A model generated the notes under the pieces. That model did no database searches. It worked only from the letters and a program-made list of their open reading frames with translations, and was not told where the DNA came from. A program made the translations under genes and the position numbers. A stretch of DNA of 64,000 nucleotides from a virus. This document shows, one piece after another, positions 46,066 through 53,681 of the stretch. Location: the IMG/VR virus record IMGVR_UViG_3300002461_001229; one strand, given 5' to 3'. The stretch's first letter is position 1. The number at the start of each line of letters is the position of its first letter.

Positions 46066-46368
46066 CTAGAAGTGGAGCGTCTGGTGCTCGTCGCCCTCCT
46101 CGGTGATCACATCGATCGCGTCGATACTGCCCCCGGACGTGAAGCCGGGCACGAACTCGTCGGCAGCTTCGAGCGACGGGATCACGCGTTGTGCGAAGTT
46201 GTTCTCCGCGGTGTGGCGGGTCGCCTGGTCGGCCTCGACCGCAGCAATGGCGTTGGCCTCGCTGGTCAGGTCGCCATCCACGAGCATTCCTTGGCGCTCG
46301 CCGAACTTGATGCCGCCACGGACTCCTGAGCGGATAGGCTGTGTTGCAACGTGATAGGTTTCAGACAT
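46066..46368 (-). CDS. Hypothetical protein (100 aa)
   Basis: CAGGAG SD; first ORF after regulatory copy 3. Confidence 0.7.
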   Translation of the reverse strand: MSETYHVATQPIRSGVRGGIKFGERQGMLVDGDLTSEANAIAAVEADQATRHTAENNFAQRVIPSLEAADEFVPGFTSGGSIDAIDVITEEGDEHQTLHF

Positions 46369-46399
46369 CGTTAAAATCTCCTGTGTGTGTTGGCCAATT

Positions 46400-46468
46400 A
46401 AAAAAGCTCCGCAACGCTGTATTAGCGTCGCGGAGCTCTCATCCGGATCGGGCCGTACGGCCGCTTCA
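46400..46468 (-). promoter_or_regulatory. Conserved leader plus intrinsic terminator, copy 3 of 3 (ahead of the head/tail operon)
   Basis: TGAAGCGGCCGTACGGCCCGATCCGGATGAGAGCTCCGC-GACGCT-AATAC-AGCGTT-GCGGAGC-TTTTTT. Confidence 0.85.
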
Positions 46469-46479
46469 AATTTGCGAAA

Positions 46480-46508
46480 AATTTACGTCATTTTTGCGAG
46501 AACGTCAA
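46480..46508 (-). promoter_or_regulatory. Sigma70-type promoter of copy 3
   Basis: TTGACG (46508-46503), 17-nt spacer, TAAATT (46485-46480). Confidence 0.7.
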
Positions 46509-46511
46509 TAC

Positions 46512-46715
46512 TCACTCGTGTCTTTTCCTCTGCTGGCGAAGCTTTTTCAGCTTCAAGCCGTTGAACGAGAACCGGGCCGAACAGCTCTGACATGTGAAAT
46601 ATGCACCGAAAACCATGATTCCGGGCGGCATCTCGATCTCGATCAGGCAGCATTGAACATCGTCGTACCAGGCGGAAACTTTTTTGCAGTTCGGGCAGGT
46701 TATGGGACGGATCAT
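46512..46715 (-). CDS. Small Zn-ribbon protein (67 aa)
   Basis: MIRPITCPNCKK...FTCQSCSARF, with a basic tail KLKKLRQQRKRHE. Confidence 0.6.
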   Translation of the reverse strand: MIRPITCPNCKKVSAWYDDVQCCLIEIEMPPGIMVFGAYFTCQSCSARFSFNGLKLKKLRQQRKRHE

Positions 46716-46774
46716 TAAGCTCGCTCGTAGCAAGCAGGTGGCTGAGGTTCAATTTACCAGAGTCCGCGAAAATG

Positions 46775-49042
46775 TCAACGGGGTTGGAACCATGGCCCCG
46801 AATCGCCGTCGAAATCGACATCCTCGTCGAGCGGGTTGGCCGGCCCCGGATCGTCGTCGTCGAAGTGGATCTGCCGCGTCAGGTCCTCGTCGGCATCGTC
46901 GCCGTGGCGATGCCGCAGCTGGCGAAGAGCCCGATCGCGGATCTCGAGTTTTTCGAGCTGTTGGATTCGGGTGAACCGCGTTCGCTCGGTGGTCGCATCG
47001 ATCACGCCCTGCACCGGTGACTGCTCGACCAGCAGCTCGTACTCCTCGCGAATGGACAGCGGTTCGTTGTCGAGTCCGCCGTTGACGTACATCATTTGCA
47101 GCTCGTTGCCGAAGTCGTCCATCGCCTTGACCGGCTCGTCGATCTTCTCGCCGGATTCGAGCAGCTTCGGCTCTGCCATTTCCCACTCGATCATCTGCCG
47201 GCGAAACAGGTCGTCGTCGTGCAGATCTTCGGCAGCCATGTTCTTCGGGTACGGCTTCGGCGGATAGACGAGCAGTCCGTTGACCAGCCGCGGCTTGACG
47301 GTGGTGTCGTCCGGCACGACGACGAACCAGCGTGTGAAGCCTTTGACGCCCGGCCGGAACGGATGGTCCTCGGTGGTGTCGACCGCCATCGCCCGGTTGA
47401 TCTGCTCTACGCCGCCGAACTTCCCGGGATTGACACCGACGCACGAAAGCCCGTACACGGTCGCGTAAGCCCGTCTAATGTCCTCCCGCTCGTGCGAGAC
47501 GACGCCGCCGATGACGTTGTGCTCTTGAAGCAGCGGTTCGGAGTATTGCGGTATTATCTCGGCCAGAGCAGATTGTTCCAGCTCGATCCGTTCGAGCGAG
47601 CTCTGAGCGTGAGCGGCCGAGTTGATGCGAAGCAGCTCCTCCCGGCGAAGGTCCGACCAGGTCTTGTTGCCGGATCCGCCGATCCGCCGCACTGCGTACT
47701 CGTCGAGGCAGCCGAGAACACGCTCGGCGACGTCCTCGAACTGAGCGTTCGCCTTGAAGCTCATCGGGTTGAAGATGAACTCGAAGCCGGGCAGCGGTGA
47801 ATTCCGCGGTGAGACGGTCCGCCAGAGAGCGACGTTCGCGTGGAATCGCGTCTTGGTTCTCGCCCAATCGTTTCCCCATTCCTTACGCCACGATTTCGGC
47901 ATCGCGGTCGTTCCGAAGACCGATGCGAATTCGCTCGTCGAAATGCAATGAATGTCGTCACGATAGGCGTGGAGCATACGTCGCTCGTCCTCGCCCTCGA
48001 CCTCGTGCTGGCACTCCCGCATGAACGCCGGCAGGCCGATGCGGTCGAGCTCGTCCTGGCACGCTGTTATGTCCATATACCTCCATGTTGCCGTTCCGGC
48101 AGTGATCACATCGCGGACTATCTCGATCCCGAGGACCGTGGTCTTCCGCTTTTCTGTGAGCAGCCCGACAACTGCCGGCACCGGCCGCGACGGTCGGCGA
48201 TTGACGAGCACTCGCGCTTGGTTGGTGTAGATCCGGTACATGATCGAATGGCGATTGATGAGGTTCTGAGCCCAAACGGTCAGAGTTCCGATCGCACCCA
48301 TCGGCAGGATCTCGCTGGTGAAGGTTTCGAAGTTCTTCTCGGTGATCGTGGCGGACAGCTTACGGTCGTCGATGTCGTCCGGGATGATGATGCTCGGCCG
48401 GACGTTGTCGATGTTGCCGCCTGCCAGTCCCGATTGCAGCGAACCGAAGTGGAACACATGGCCGCTTGCGGTGTAGAGCAGAGTGGCCTTCCATCCGCGG
48501 CTGCTGTTCGTCTGAGCGTCCCGCTTGACCATCGTCAGGGTTGGGGCATGTTTTTGGAGTGCGGACGATTGCAGGAGCTGCATTATCGAAAGAGCGTGCT
48601 TCTCGGTCTTGTTGTCCGTGCCGGAGAAGTACAGGCAGTAACCGCTTCGCCCGTAGAACAGCTCAATGACCGCGTCCATGATCGCCAGACGCCGCGCAAT
48701 CGTCGATTTCATGTGACCGCGTGACCACATCGGGAAATCCGCGTAGTAGCCGCGGAAAGGCCGCTCGTTGCGGCAAATGCGGTGCCGGGCAGCCCAATGC
48801 CAGCGGATCGTTCGCTCGTGGTGCGGAGCGAGGACATCAACGAATTCGTCGCCGAAGAGCAAAGAATAGGCGGCTCTCCAATTCTTCCGGATCGCCGCCT
48901 TCAATTCGTTCGATAGCTGAAAGTTGTCTTGCTTATTCGCCTGGACCGCCGTCCCTAAATTCTTCCCCTCCAAGGCCGCTACGAAGCTCCGGGCCAAGAA
49001 GCCTTTTGAATTCCCCAACAACTGCTGCGCGTATCTCTGCAT
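46775..49042 (-). CDS. terL: Terminase large subunit
   Basis: Walker A-like SRGHMKST, Walker B IIIPDD, C-terminal nuclease acidic residues; lies between TerS and portal. Start uncertain. Confidence 0.85.
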   Translation of the reverse strand: MQRYAQQLLGNSKGFLARSFVAALEGKNLGTAVQANKQDNFQLSNELKAAIRKNWRAAYSLLFGDEFVDVLAPHHERTIRWHWAARHRICRNERPFRGYYADFPMWSRGHMKSTIARRLAIMDAVIELFYGRSGYCLYFSGTDNKTEKHALSIMQLLQSSALQKHAPTLTMVKRDAQTNSSRGWKATLLYTASGHVFHFGSLQSGLAGGNIDNVRPSIIIPDDIDDRKLSATITEKNFETFTSEILPMGAIGTLTVWAQNLINRHSIMYRIYTNQARVLVNRRPSRPVPAVVGLLTEKRKTTVLGIEIVRDVITAGTATWRYMDITACQDELDRIGLPAFMRECQHEVEGEDERRMLHAYRDDIHCISTSEFASVFGTTAMPKSWRKEWGNDWARTKTRFHANVALWRTVSPRNSPLPGFEFIFNPMSFKANAQFEDVAERVLGCLDEYAVRRIGGSGNKTWSDLRREELLRINSAAHAQSSLERIELEQSALAEIIPQYSEPLLQEHNVIGGVVSHEREDIRRAYATVYGLSCVGVNPGKFGGVEQINRAMAVDTTEDHPFRPGVKGFTRWFVVVPDDTTVKPRLVNGLLVYPPKPYPKNMAAEDLHDDDLFRRQMIEWEMAEPKLLESGEKIDEPVKAMDDFGNELQMMYVNGGLDNEPLSIREEYELLVEQSPVQGVIDATTERTRFTRIQQLEKLEIRDRALRQLRHRHGDDADEDLTRQIHFDDDDPGPANPLDEDVDFDGDSGPWFQPR

Positions 49043-49634
49043 CCGGGATCACTGCCATCGCCTTCTCGACCTTGTTGATGTAAACGATCACTTGTCCGAC
49101 CGGCACATTGCCCCCGAGTTTGTCCAGCCGGAACGATTCTGCCCGGACCAGCTTTTCCTTCTGAGCGATCAGTTCTTTGACCTCGTCGAAGATCTGATAT
49201 TCGCGCCGTGCCGCCAGAATCGTCTTCCGAAGCGACTTCGCGACCATTTTAGCCGCCTTGATGTCATTTGCAAACAGAGCGTCGTCGAGTGCGTTGAATT
49301 CTTCCTCGGCAAGATCCATCGCATCGTCGTCACCGATGCTGGACGACAGCAGCGAAAGCCTGCGTTCGAGTAGTGCTGTGATCAGCTGTATCTCGGTCGA
49401 TAGCTCGTTAAGCTTTGGATCCTCGGCGACGGAATCGAAGGTGGTTCGGAGTGGTTTCGGTAGATAACGCGAATAGAGGCCGTGTTTGTAGTGCGGACTG
49501 GCCGTGCCGGACGGTGTTTTGCCGCCGTGAAGCCTGCATCGGCCATTTGTCATTGGCGACTTTTCGCACGGAAGCCCTGTGGTCTTTGTTTTGGCTCCGC
49601 ATTTACGTTTTTTCGCCGGTGCTTTTTGCTTCAT
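48933..49634 (-). CDS. terS: Terminase small subunit, HGGxSTG-domain type
   Basis: CGAKTK...PC...NGRCRLHGGKTPSG followed by HGLYS and helices. Confidence 0.8.
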   Translation of the reverse strand: MKQKAPAKKRKCGAKTKTTGLPCEKSPMTNGRCRLHGGKTPSGTASPHYKHGLYSRYLPKPLRTTFDSVAEDPKLNELSTEIQLITALLERRLSLLSSSIGDDDAMDLAEEEFNALDDALFANDIKAAKMVAKSLRKTILAARREYQIFDEVKELIAQKEKLVRAESFRLDKLGGNVPVGQVIVYINKVEKAMAVIPDAEIRAAVVGEFKRLLGPELRSGLGGEEFRDGGPGE

Positions 49635-49663
49635 AGGGTTGCGCGCTCTTTATAGGGTTGCGC
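49633..49663. repeat. 12-bp direct repeat pair at the TerS start
   Basis: ATAGGGTTGCGC at 49633-49644 and 49652-49663. Confidence 0.8.
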
Positions 49664-49708
49664 CGCTTTGAATCAACTTTGTGTATAATTCCCTAGTCCA
49701 TCGTGATT

Positions 49709-49831
49709 ATGACTCGTGAGCACCGCGACATCGTCCGCTACAACGACCGATATGCCCGGCGTCTGGCTTTGCAGTGGTCAGGCGTCATCGCCCTGGTCAG
49801 CTCCCTGTGTTACTTCGTCTTGTTCCGGTGA
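49709..49831 (+). CDS. Candidate 40-aa membrane peptide on the opposite strand
   Basis: MTREHRDIVRYNDRYARRLALQWSGVIALVSSLCYFVLFR, downstream of TGTGTATAAT (extended -10, 49680-49689). Confidence 0.35.
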   Translation: MTREHRDIVRYNDRYARRLALQWSGVIALVSSLCYFVLFR

Positions 49832-50110
49832 ATTGTATCGTCGATAGGCAAATGGGCCGCTCTTGATCAACCGCAGTATCGCTCCCATTATTTTCTCGTA
49901 AGGCTCTGAACTCCACGGCTTTCGCCCTTGTTCAAGATCGCAGATGTAGGAAATGGAATAACCGGAACCTCGATGTACTTCCCACAGTTTCAGCCCCGCC
50001 GCTTTTCTTGCATCCTTGACCGTTCGCCCAATCTCCCGATGGTCGTAGGTCTTGCCCGTCCCTTTACAACATCGGCAATCGGCTGTTTGCTTGATCTCAT
50101 CCCACTTCAT
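49778..50110 (-). CDS. XRE-family HTH regulator with an N-terminal CxxC-GxG finger
   Basis: CRCCKGTGK, then ARKAAGLKLWEVHRGSGYSISYICDLEQGR. Confidence 0.8.
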   Translation of the reverse strand: MKWDEIKQTADCRCCKGTGKTYDHREIGRTVKDARKAAGLKLWEVHRGSGYSISYICDLEQGRKPWSSEPYEKIMGAILRLIKSGPFAYRRYNSPEQDEVTQGADQGDDA

Positions 50111-50116
50111 TTGTAT

Positions 50117-50650
50117 CTATTTCGTCACTACTTCGTTGAATCTCTCGATCGAAACATCGCCGGTGGCGAGTGCGACGATGAAACGCTCACCGTCTTTCTT
50201 GCCCTTGGCATACGCTTCCTCGGTCATCGCCATTACGGACAAATAGATCGTGTTCAGATCATCCCGAACTCCGGGGTTCAGCCAGCCCAGGCCTTCATGT
50301 GACTTTGTGCCTTCGACCACGTGATCCTCAGGGCCGTATCGCTTGTTGAGATTATCGATCTCTGCGACCGCGTGGATGAGACGAAAGATCGCCTTTTGAA
50401 ACTTCGTCGTTGGGGTGGGATCCTCGTCGTAAAAGGCCGTATCGGTCTTGCTGATGTACGGCAGTTCGTAATGAGCCCACGGCAGCTTGTACAGCCCCTT
50501 CTCGGGGTTCGTCTCCAAACGGGCCTTTGTTTTCTTCGCGAACTCAAGCAGTTTGGAGCATGACGCGCAAACGCCTTCGGTCGGCCGTCCGCCGTAACTC
50601 TCCGGCACTTCGCCGCATCCGTGGCATGGTTTCTTTGTGTAGCCTTTCAT
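50117..50650 (-). CDS. Hypothetical protein with N-terminal CxxC/CxxC
   Basis: CHGC...CASC; contiguous ORF. Confidence 0.7.
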   Translation of the reverse strand: MKGYTKKPCHGCGEVPESYGGRPTEGVCASCSKLLEFAKKTKARLETNPEKGLYKLPWAHYELPYISKTDTAFYDEDPTPTTKFQKAIFRLIHAVAEIDNLNKRYGPEDHVVEGTKSHEGLGWLNPGVRDDLNTIYLSVMAMTEEAYAKGKKDGERFIVALATGDVSIERFNEVVTK

Positions 50651-50658
50651 CGTTTTTG

Positions 50659-50913
50659 CTATCCGCGGTTACGTTCCCCGCGATGTGCGATCGTCCAGCC
50701 GCGTTCGAGCGAGGTCTTTTCGGCTTGAGTGTAGGCGTCCATTGCGCTGTCTTCGCCCATGAAGTTGGTCCGGGTGACCGGTGCCGGCATGGTGCTCGTG
50801 TCGAACTTGGCGACCGTGAATGTGTTCACGCTCGGGATCAGCTCAAGGGCGATGACTCCGATCCGCTCGTCCTTGAGCAGGATGAGGACCTCGTGTTTGC
50901 TGTTTACGCCCAT
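50659..50913 (-). CDS. Hypothetical protein (84 aa)
   Basis: AAGGAG SD. Confidence 0.65.
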   Translation of the reverse strand: MGVNSKHEVLILLKDERIGVIALELIPSVNTFTVAKFDTSTMPAPVTRTNFMGEDSAMDAYTQAEKTSLERGWTIAHRGERNRG

Positions 50914-51125
50914 TCCAATTCTCCTTGCTGGTCAAAAAGTGATTGTTGAGCACGCCCGGCCGCTCGTCTGACGGATGCGTCGCGGCATCGCCGGCAGAGC
51001 AGTAGATCGCCGTGGTCGAAGAGGCTCTCTACCGGGGTGTACGCGGAGCAGTCCTCGCATGGCCGGACACCGCCTAGCCACCGCACTGCCTCGGCCCGTT
51101 TTTCGCTTGCAATGGTGTTTTGCAT
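50904..51125 (-). CDS. Small Zn-finger hypothetical protein (73 aa)
   Basis: CEDC...CRRC; AGGAG SD. Confidence 0.55.
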   Translation of the reverse strand: MQNTIASEKRAEAVRWLGGVRPCEDCSAYTPVESLFDHGDLLLCRRCRDASVRRAAGRAQQSLFDQQGELEWA

Positions 51126-51220
51126 CGGTTAACATTCTCCTGTTAAGACGTTCCCGTTCTTAGGTTCGTTTTGCTTCTCCAAAATGGGCATCCATGTCGC
51201 GATGGATGCCCATTTCCCAT

Positions 51221-51499
51221 TTACGCCGCCTCGGCGACCGCATCGAGCTTGCGCTCGGAATAGCGGTTGCGAACAAGCGAGTTGAACAGTCCACCGGTCG
51301 AGGTCGTCGGGTCGTCGCAGCTGACGTCGATGGTGTTGAGCACTTCCTCGTCCACATCCTCGTAAGCGTACGCCTTTCCCGACGCCGTCTCAATGAACAG
51401 CTTCTTGTTGCCGTGGTCGATAGCGATCGCCTTGATCCAGGATCCTTTCTCGCTCTCGCTCCGTACGTCCTTCCAATTAAGATCATCCAATTCGGCCAT
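51221..51499 (-). CDS. KTSC-domain protein
   Basis: SWIKAIAIDHGNKKLFIETASGKAYAYEDV...STGGLFNSLVRNRY; start re-assigned. Confidence 0.75.
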   Translation of the reverse strand: MAELDDLNWKDVRSESEKGSWIKAIAIDHGNKKLFIETASGKAYAYEDVDEEVLNTIDVSCDDPTTSTGGLFNSLVRNRYSERKLDAVAEAA

Positions 51500-51710
51500 A
51501 TCGTTGTTTTGCCTCCTCTGCGGGTTCCCGCAGCTCAAATGCCTCGTCGAAGTTCGGCCCGAGATTGTAGGTCCTGAGCCTTCGTTCGGCGTCCTTCCGG
51601 TCGGTCCCAATGCCGCAAAGCCTGAGACGGGTGCCGGTGCGTTTACTGACCGCGTCGAAGTCGTGAAAGTACGTTTCCGCGGTCGCCATATCTGTCACGA
51701 TGATGCTCAT
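51483..51710 (-). CDS. Hypothetical protein (75 aa)
   Basis: ATGA coupling to the ParB stop. Confidence 0.55.
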   Translation of the reverse strand: MSIIVTDMATAETYFHDFDAVSKRTGTRLRLCGIGTDRKDAERRLRTYNLGPNFDEAFELREPAEEAKQRYGRIG

Positions 51711-53554
51711 GCTGCCGCTTCCTCGCCCTCGGCGGGTTTCTCGGGCTGCTTACGGTAGCGAGAATCGAGCTCTGCCAGCGTTTTCCGCTCCCGGACGACC
51801 GCGAATGCCTCTTTGCCGCCAAAAAGGGCAGGAGCGTCCACCAGATCGCCGTTTACGACCTTTTGAGCCCAAGCCTCGATCTTCTTTTTCTGGCCTGCGG
51901 TCAGCTTCTCGGTCTGAAGTGCGTAGCCGGCCGCCACGGTCAGGAAGTTGCGTCCGGCGAGCTCGGCGATGTTGTGAATGTGCTGATAGTCGAGGTCGCG
52001 GTACGACATCGCGAACGCGGCTTCGGCGATCTTGCCGAGTCGGAGCAGTTGATCCGCTTCGAGTCGTTCACGCAGCCACAACGCGAATTCGTCAACGTCG
52101 CTGATCCAGCGATCCGAATCGAAGCCGACGAGGGCTTCGAGCTCGTTGCGGAAGTACAGTCTGATCCGTTCCCATCCGATGTCCATCTCGACCGCACTTG
52201 CCACCAGCATTGCCGCGGTGTCGAAGCGGACGGCGGCTTCGAGGCCCTTGAGAGCTTTGACTTCTTTGGCTGCCCACTTGCCGGCGTGGTCGGTGATGAT
52301 GTCGACCGCTGCGGCGTCCAGGCAGTTCCCCCAAAACTGACGATTCAGGGATTCCGGCGACTGATTAAACGATCGCGATTTGCTGGCACTCGCTCCCGCC
52401 TTCGGCCAATGGATCTCGCAGTCCTTATCCCGGCAGATCTTCACTTGCTTCGGGAACGCGTCACCCCATCCCATCTTGAGCGCGTTCTCGGCGGACGGGC
52501 AGTACTTGGTCTTGTCCGACTTCTCAGGGAAATAGCTGGCATCCTTTGCGGGCGAGTCGTAGTTGCCGGAACCTATCGCACCTTTCCCGAACCAGCCGCC
52601 CGGGTTGCTGTACTGAAACACCTTCGCGGCTTGGTAATCCGAGCCCCACTTCTTCTGCCCTTCGGTCGACCATTTGTCGAGGATCGCCTCGAAATGCTTC
52701 TGGACCTTGCCCTTGTAGCAGGATGTGTCGAGGCAGCGGTCGTCTTTGAGCTCGACCTCGCCAAACAGGTTCGGGTTGGCCCCGACGCGTTTCGGGCACT
52801 CGACGCAGGTCAGCCCTTCCTTGTGGAGCGATGCGCTCTTGAGGCTGAACGGAGCTGTTTTCAGCTCACCGGTCGCCTGGTCGATCACATCGCGGAGCGA
52901 CTCGACCGACACCCACCGGGCTTGGCAGAAGTCCTTGCCGTATTTTTCGAGAGCCTTCTTCTGGATCTTCTCCGGATAGGCCGCGATCATCGTCGCCTCG
53001 GTCAGAGATACCTTGTTTTGCTCGATACCGGTGATCAGGTCCGGGAGCAGATTCGTGAGCGACGCACGCTTCGCGATGAACGACGGCGTCTTGCCGACAC
53101 GCAGCCCTATCTCGCGGGGATCCACTCCCTGCTTGAGCAGCGACGCAAAGCCGAACGCCTCGTCGAGCGGATGAACGTCCACCCGTTGCAGGTTCTCGAT
53201 CGTCTGGATCGTGAGAGCCTCGTCGTCGGTGAGTTCGCGGACGGATGCCGCGATCGTCTTTGCCCCGAGCATCTGGACGGCCCGGTACCGCCGTTCACCG
53301 CTGACCAGCTCGTAGCGGTCGCCTTTCGGACGAACGACGACCGGATGGATCAGTCCCTTCGCTTCGATGATGCTGTTGGCCAGCTCGAGAATTTCGTCGT
53401 CGCTGAGCCGGTTACGTCGGCGGAGCTGCGTGTCGAAGGTGGAGAGGTCGATCTTGGTCAGTTCAATGCCATCCGGGTTGATCACTTCGGCGGGTATCTC
53501 GCGCTCGAAAGCCGGCTTCTTTGCCGGCGAGGTTGCTGCTTTTGCTTTTGCCAT
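51707..53554 (-). CDS. parB: ParB/RepB/Spo0J-family protein (615 aa) with a long C-terminal extension
   Basis: LIHPVVVR...YELVSGERRYRA, ENLQR.D.HP.DEA, HTH; Cys-rich middle (CxxCP, C). Confidence 0.85.
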   Translation of the reverse strand: MAKAKAATSPAKKPAFEREIPAEVINPDGIELTKIDLSTFDTQLRRRNRLSDDEILELANSIIEAKGLIHPVVVRPKGDRYELVSGERRYRAVQMLGAKTIAASVRELTDDEALTIQTIENLQRVDVHPLDEAFGFASLLKQGVDPREIGLRVGKTPSFIAKRASLTNLLPDLITGIEQNKVSLTEATMIAAYPEKIQKKALEKYGKDFCQARWVSVESLRDVIDQATGELKTAPFSLKSASLHKEGLTCVECPKRVGANPNLFGEVELKDDRCLDTSCYKGKVQKHFEAILDKWSTEGQKKWGSDYQAAKVFQYSNPGGWFGKGAIGSGNYDSPAKDASYFPEKSDKTKYCPSAENALKMGWGDAFPKQVKICRDKDCEIHWPKAGASASKSRSFNQSPESLNRQFWGNCLDAAAVDIITDHAGKWAAKEVKALKGLEAAVRFDTAAMLVASAVEMDIGWERIRLYFRNELEALVGFDSDRWISDVDEFALWLRERLEADQLLRLGKIAEAAFAMSYRDLDYQHIHNIAELAGRNFLTVAAGYALQTEKLTAGQKKKIEAWAQKVVNGDLVDAPALFGGKEAFAVVRERKTLAELDSRYRKQPEKPAEGEEAAA

Positions 53555-53600
53555 TGCTTTCTCCTGTTAGGCGGTCAAGCGACCGCCTCGGTCTAGTGGT

Positions 53601-53677
53601 TGGTTGCGAGAGGCAGAGTTGAACCGCCTGATTTCCGGCTTATGAGGCCGACGAGCCACCCTTGCTCCATTCTCGCG
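53601..53677 (-). tRNA. tRNA-Met(CAU), initiator (fMet)-like with an atypical anticodon stem; CCA encoded
   Basis: CGCGAGA-A-TG-GAGC-AAGGGTG-GCTC-G-TCGGC-CTCATAA-GCCGG-AAATCA-GGCGG-TTCAACT-CTGCC-TCTCGCA-ACCA; C1:A72 mismatch, A11:U24, A73. Confidence 0.9.
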
Positions 53678-53681
53678 TGAG

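Noticed and set aside
2889-46508. Three-copy element as a CRISPR repeat, REP/MITE or known riboswitch/ribozyme
   Set aside because: Copies are tens of kb apart with no spacers or cas genes, and no target-site duplications are visible. It lacks the consensus cores I know for hammerhead (CUGAUGA/GAAA), guanidine-II, c-di-GMP, preQ1 or fluoride motifs. An Rfam search is still needed.
46483-46821. 112-aa minus-strand ORF from the track
   Set aside because: Overlaps the better-supported Zn-ribbon ORF and the copy-3 promoter; no protein-like features.
51130-51147. TTAACA-GGAGAA-TGTTAA hairpin presenting an SD in its loop (CsrA-like?)
   Set aside because: AU-rich weak stem that does not fit the ANGGA consensus; single instance.
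51707-53554. ParB as evidence for a plasmid-prophage lifestyle
   Set aside because: No ParA or parS array in the window; stand-alone ParB-domain genes are common in phages.
51863-53596. 577-aa plus-strand ORF
   Set aside because: Antisense shadow of parB; low-complexity L/V/R/G composition typical of reverse frames of GC3-rich genes; no motifs.
53601-53677. tRNA as an attachment site or prophage boundary
   Set aside because: Phage genes continue on both sides in the same orientation, with no integrase and no duplicated 3' tRNA fragment seen.
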